A DNA stretch of 64,000 nt from Spirochaetia bacterium. GTDB taxonomy: Bacteria > Spirochaetota > Spirochaetia > SZUA-6 > Bin103. Every line of letters begins with the position of its first letter. Position 1 is the stretch's first letter. Below are positions 61,841 through 64,000 of the stretch, piece by piece. The notes below the pieces were generated by a model, which worked only from the letters and a program-made list of their open reading frames with translations, did not search any database and was not told where the DNA came from. The stretch lies in NCBI GenBank assembly GCA_965203905.1, contig CBDBDQ010000005.1:3200001-3264000 (forward strand). Direction: 5' to 3'. A program made the position numbers and the translations under genes.

Positions 61841-62839
61841 CTACGAGCGGGAGCCTTCGACGCGGGCCAGGAAGTCGGCGGCGGTGGCGCAGTCCACGAT
61901 CCACTCGCCGGCTTCGGCGAGGCGGTCGGGGTCCGTGACGGCGGCGAGCACCGCCGCCAGCCGTTCCGCCGCCGCCGGGCCGAACCGCCGCTCAGCCTGG
62001 TGGCGCAGCAACGCCTTCTCCCGCTCGAGGCCCTGCTTGATACCCTGCTCGATGCCCTGTTCGATGCCCCGCTCCAGGATTTCCTCTCCCCAGCGGTCGA
62101 TCTTTTCCAACAACACGGCGCGTACCTCCTCGTACTCGCGGATCGATGGCAACGCGACCCCCCACTTCTCTGCCAGCGCCCCCAGCCACAGGTCGAAGGT
62201 CGTCGTCAGCCCCGGCTCGCGTTCGCCGGCCAGCCACTCGCCCAACTCCCTCACCCGCTCAGGCAGCGTCCCGGCCTGTACGCTCTGCTCCACTGCCGCC
62301 ACCCACCGCAGGAGGTTCGCGCGCGGCAGTTGGTCCAACCTCGCAGCCACCAGGTCGACCACCTCGTAGCTCACCGCCAGCGGCGCCGGTCGGTCCTGCG
62401 GCCCGCCTGTGAGCAGCCCCGCCAGCGTCAGCGGCGCGTCCCAGCGACGCTCACCATTATAGACCACCACGTGTAGCACGGGCTCGGCCGTGTCACCCTT
62501 GCGCCACCTCTTGCGATCGCGGTAGCGCCGCTGGTACAGCAGGTTGCTGTAGTTCAGGAACCGCAACGGCATCCCGTAGTGGACGCTGGACTGGTGCTCG
62601 ATCACCAGGTGCAGCGGGTGGGCGCCGCCGCTCTCCTCGCGGCGGTCGATCGACCAGGTCAGATCGCCGAGGCGGCGGCGCAGTGCGTCGGAGATGCCCT
62701 CGGTGGCGCCTTCGCGCAGGGAGTCGAAGTCGAGCGCCGCGGCCCACTGCGGCGCTCGTTGCGGGGCGATGAAGCCGAGCAGCAGGTCCTTGACGATGCG
62801 CTTGTGATTGAGCAGCCGTTTGTAGGAGGCGTCGTCCAT
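61841..62839 (-). CDS. Rpn/YhgA-like recombination-promoting nuclease (PD-(D/E)xK)
   Basis: D.SYK.L, LDFDSL, GDL.W, IEHQS, MPLRFLNY, VVYNGERRW, GIEQGIEQGIKQG repeats, ERRFG. Confidence 0.9.
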   Translation of the reverse strand: MDDASYKRLLNHKRIVKDLLLGFIAPQRAPQWAAALDFDSLREGATEGISDALRRRLGDLTWSIDRREESGGAHPLHLVIEHQSSVHYGMPLRFLNYSNLLYQRRYRDRKRWRKGDTAEPVLHVVVYNGERRWDAPLTLAGLLTGGPQDRPAPLAVSYEVVDLVAARLDQLPRANLLRWVAAVEQSVQAGTLPERVRELGEWLAGEREPGLTTTFDLWLGALAEKWGVALPSIREYEEVRAVLLEKIDRWGEEILERGIEQGIEQGIKQGLEREKALLRHQAERRFGPAAAERLAAVLAAVTDPDRLAEAGEWIVDCATAADFLARVEGSRS

Positions 62840-63089
62840 GATTCTCCACCGGGTGGCGGCTCCGAGGCGATGCCTGCGCAACGAGCGCACTCGGTCGTCA
62901 GCAGGCGCGCGCGCCGGGCGCCACCCATTCTCGATACCCTTGACAACGGCCGCGTTTCGCTGCTGCTTCATCGCTCAGTCGGCGTCTTCGGGCTCCACCA
63001 GGAGCCGCCGCGGGGCGACGGACGGTGGGGTCCGGGCGAGCTGATTTGCAGCCATGGTCGATTCTCCCTCTCCGTTCGGCGAGCGCCGA

Positions 63090-63330
63090 TCACGTGGCGC
63101 CGTCTGGCGGCAATCCGTACTCCCGATGCCGGAAGCGGTGGTGTGCAGTGCAGCGGAGCCTCAAGTTCCCCGGCTCAGCGCTGCCGCCAAGCGCGAAGGG
63201 AACGATGTGGTCGAGATCCAGCAGGAAGCGGGACCCGTAGCGCCGCCCGCTGTGCGGATCGACGTAACTGCAGCAGCCGCCGTCGCGGCGCCACACCGCG
63301 CGCCGCACGGGTGCCGGAGTGTACCGGGAT
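63090..63330 (-). pseudogene. HNH endonuclease C-terminal fragment
   Basis: VRRAVWRRDGGCCSYVD...LDLDHIVPFALGGSAEPGNLRLRCTAHHRFRH. No convincing upstream body. Confidence 0.7.
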
Positions 63331-63371
63331 CGGCGCGCCCGATGGGGCGGCTGCGCGCTGGCGGGTCTCTA

Positions 63372-63556
63372 TCAGTGCCGGCACCCGGCGAGCTTCACGC
63401 CGTGTTCGAAGTCGATCAGCCCGAATTCGTTGGCCAGGGTGATGTGGTCGCGTGGTGCCACTCCAGCAACCCTGCGAAGTCCACCTGCGTCCCCCGCTTG
63501 GCCAGGGCGGCGGCCACGCCGGCGGGGTCGGAACGTACCCGGTTGAGATCGATCAT
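63372..63556 (-). pseudogene. serS: Seryl-tRNA synthetase remnant (internally deleted)
   Basis: MIDLNRVRSDPAGVAAALAKRG..VDFAGLLEW (SerRS N-terminus) joined out of frame to DHITLANEFGLIDFEHGVKLAG (segment before SerRS motif 1). Confidence 0.7.
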
Positions 63557-63753
63557 GGACCCTGCGACCGTAGCATGAGGGGACGGCGCGCGTCGCCCGC
63601 CCTGTGGCCGGTAGCCGGTCGGTAGCCGGTCGGAGCCGGTCGGCGGCGGTGCTATGCCTCTGACGAATATCTGTGTATAATCTGTGTATAACCAGGACAT
63701 TGGAGGCGCCGGCTGCAGCAGGTACCGTCTCTCACTCCTCAATAACATACGAC

Positions 63754-64000
63754 ATGACATTCGAAGAGCTTGATCTTGATTCCAGGCTCCTCCAGGCGAC
63801 TCGCGATGCGGGATTCACCGCATGCACGCCCGTGCAGGAGCAGACCTTTGTATACAGTCTGATAGGTGCCGACGTAGCGGTTCAGTCGCAGACCGGCACC
63901 GGCAAGACCGCCGCGTTCCTCATCACCATATACCAGCTTTTTCTGGAGCAGCGCAGCCTCGATGACCGTATCGCCCTGATCGTGGCCCCCACCCGCGAAC
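63754..64000 (+). CDS. DEAD/DEAH-box RNA helicase, 5' part (RhlB-like)
   Basis: MTFEELDL, GF..CTPVQ (Q motif), SQTGTGKTAAF (motif I), IVAPTRE (motif Ia). Runs off the window. Confidence 0.93.
   Translation, partial: MTFEELDLDSRLLQATRDAGFTACTPVQEQTFVYSLIGADVAVQSQTGTGKTAAFLITIYQLFLEQRSLDDRIALIVAPTRE

Overview
GC-rich bacterial chromosomal window. It is probably from a free-living or host-associated spirochaete; this is inferred from a Spirochaeta-type FASG substrate-binding-protein N-terminus and the general gene repertoire, and is not proven. The backbone holds catabolic and transport genes (MFS, sulfatase, two PhyH dioxygenases, two FG-GAP proteins, a family-5 and a family-1 ABC importer, two Gfo/Idh/MocA oxidoreductases, an enolase-family dehydratase) and housekeeping genes (prs, a sigma-70 factor, msrA, peroxiredoxin, a DEAD-box helicase). 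It also holds a PyrR-attenuated pyrR-B-C-carA-carB-pyrK-D-F operon. Visibly AT-richer conflict modules are interleaved: DUF262+HEPN, HTH-methyltransferase plus frameshifted PD-(D/E)xK nuclease, ABC-ATPase+TOPRIM, a divergent hicBA-like pair, vapBC, an ImmA/IrrE-like gene, and an Rpn nuclease with an internal antitoxin start. Many gene scars are present. Main signals: (1) carA alone is broken by four insertions, one a copy of its own active-site codons; (2) a C13 tract forms the spacer of a TTGACC-17-TACTCT promoter driving an inserted sugar ABC operon, a candidate phase switch; (3) an orphan cI/cro-like switch whose repressor has lost both autocleavage determinants; (4) several TA-like pairs with the toxin destroyed and the partner kept; (5) a nested island bracketed by two diverged copies of an enolase 3' end. 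No tRNA, rRNA or CRISPR array was seen. All family calls come from motif recognition by eye, not database searches.
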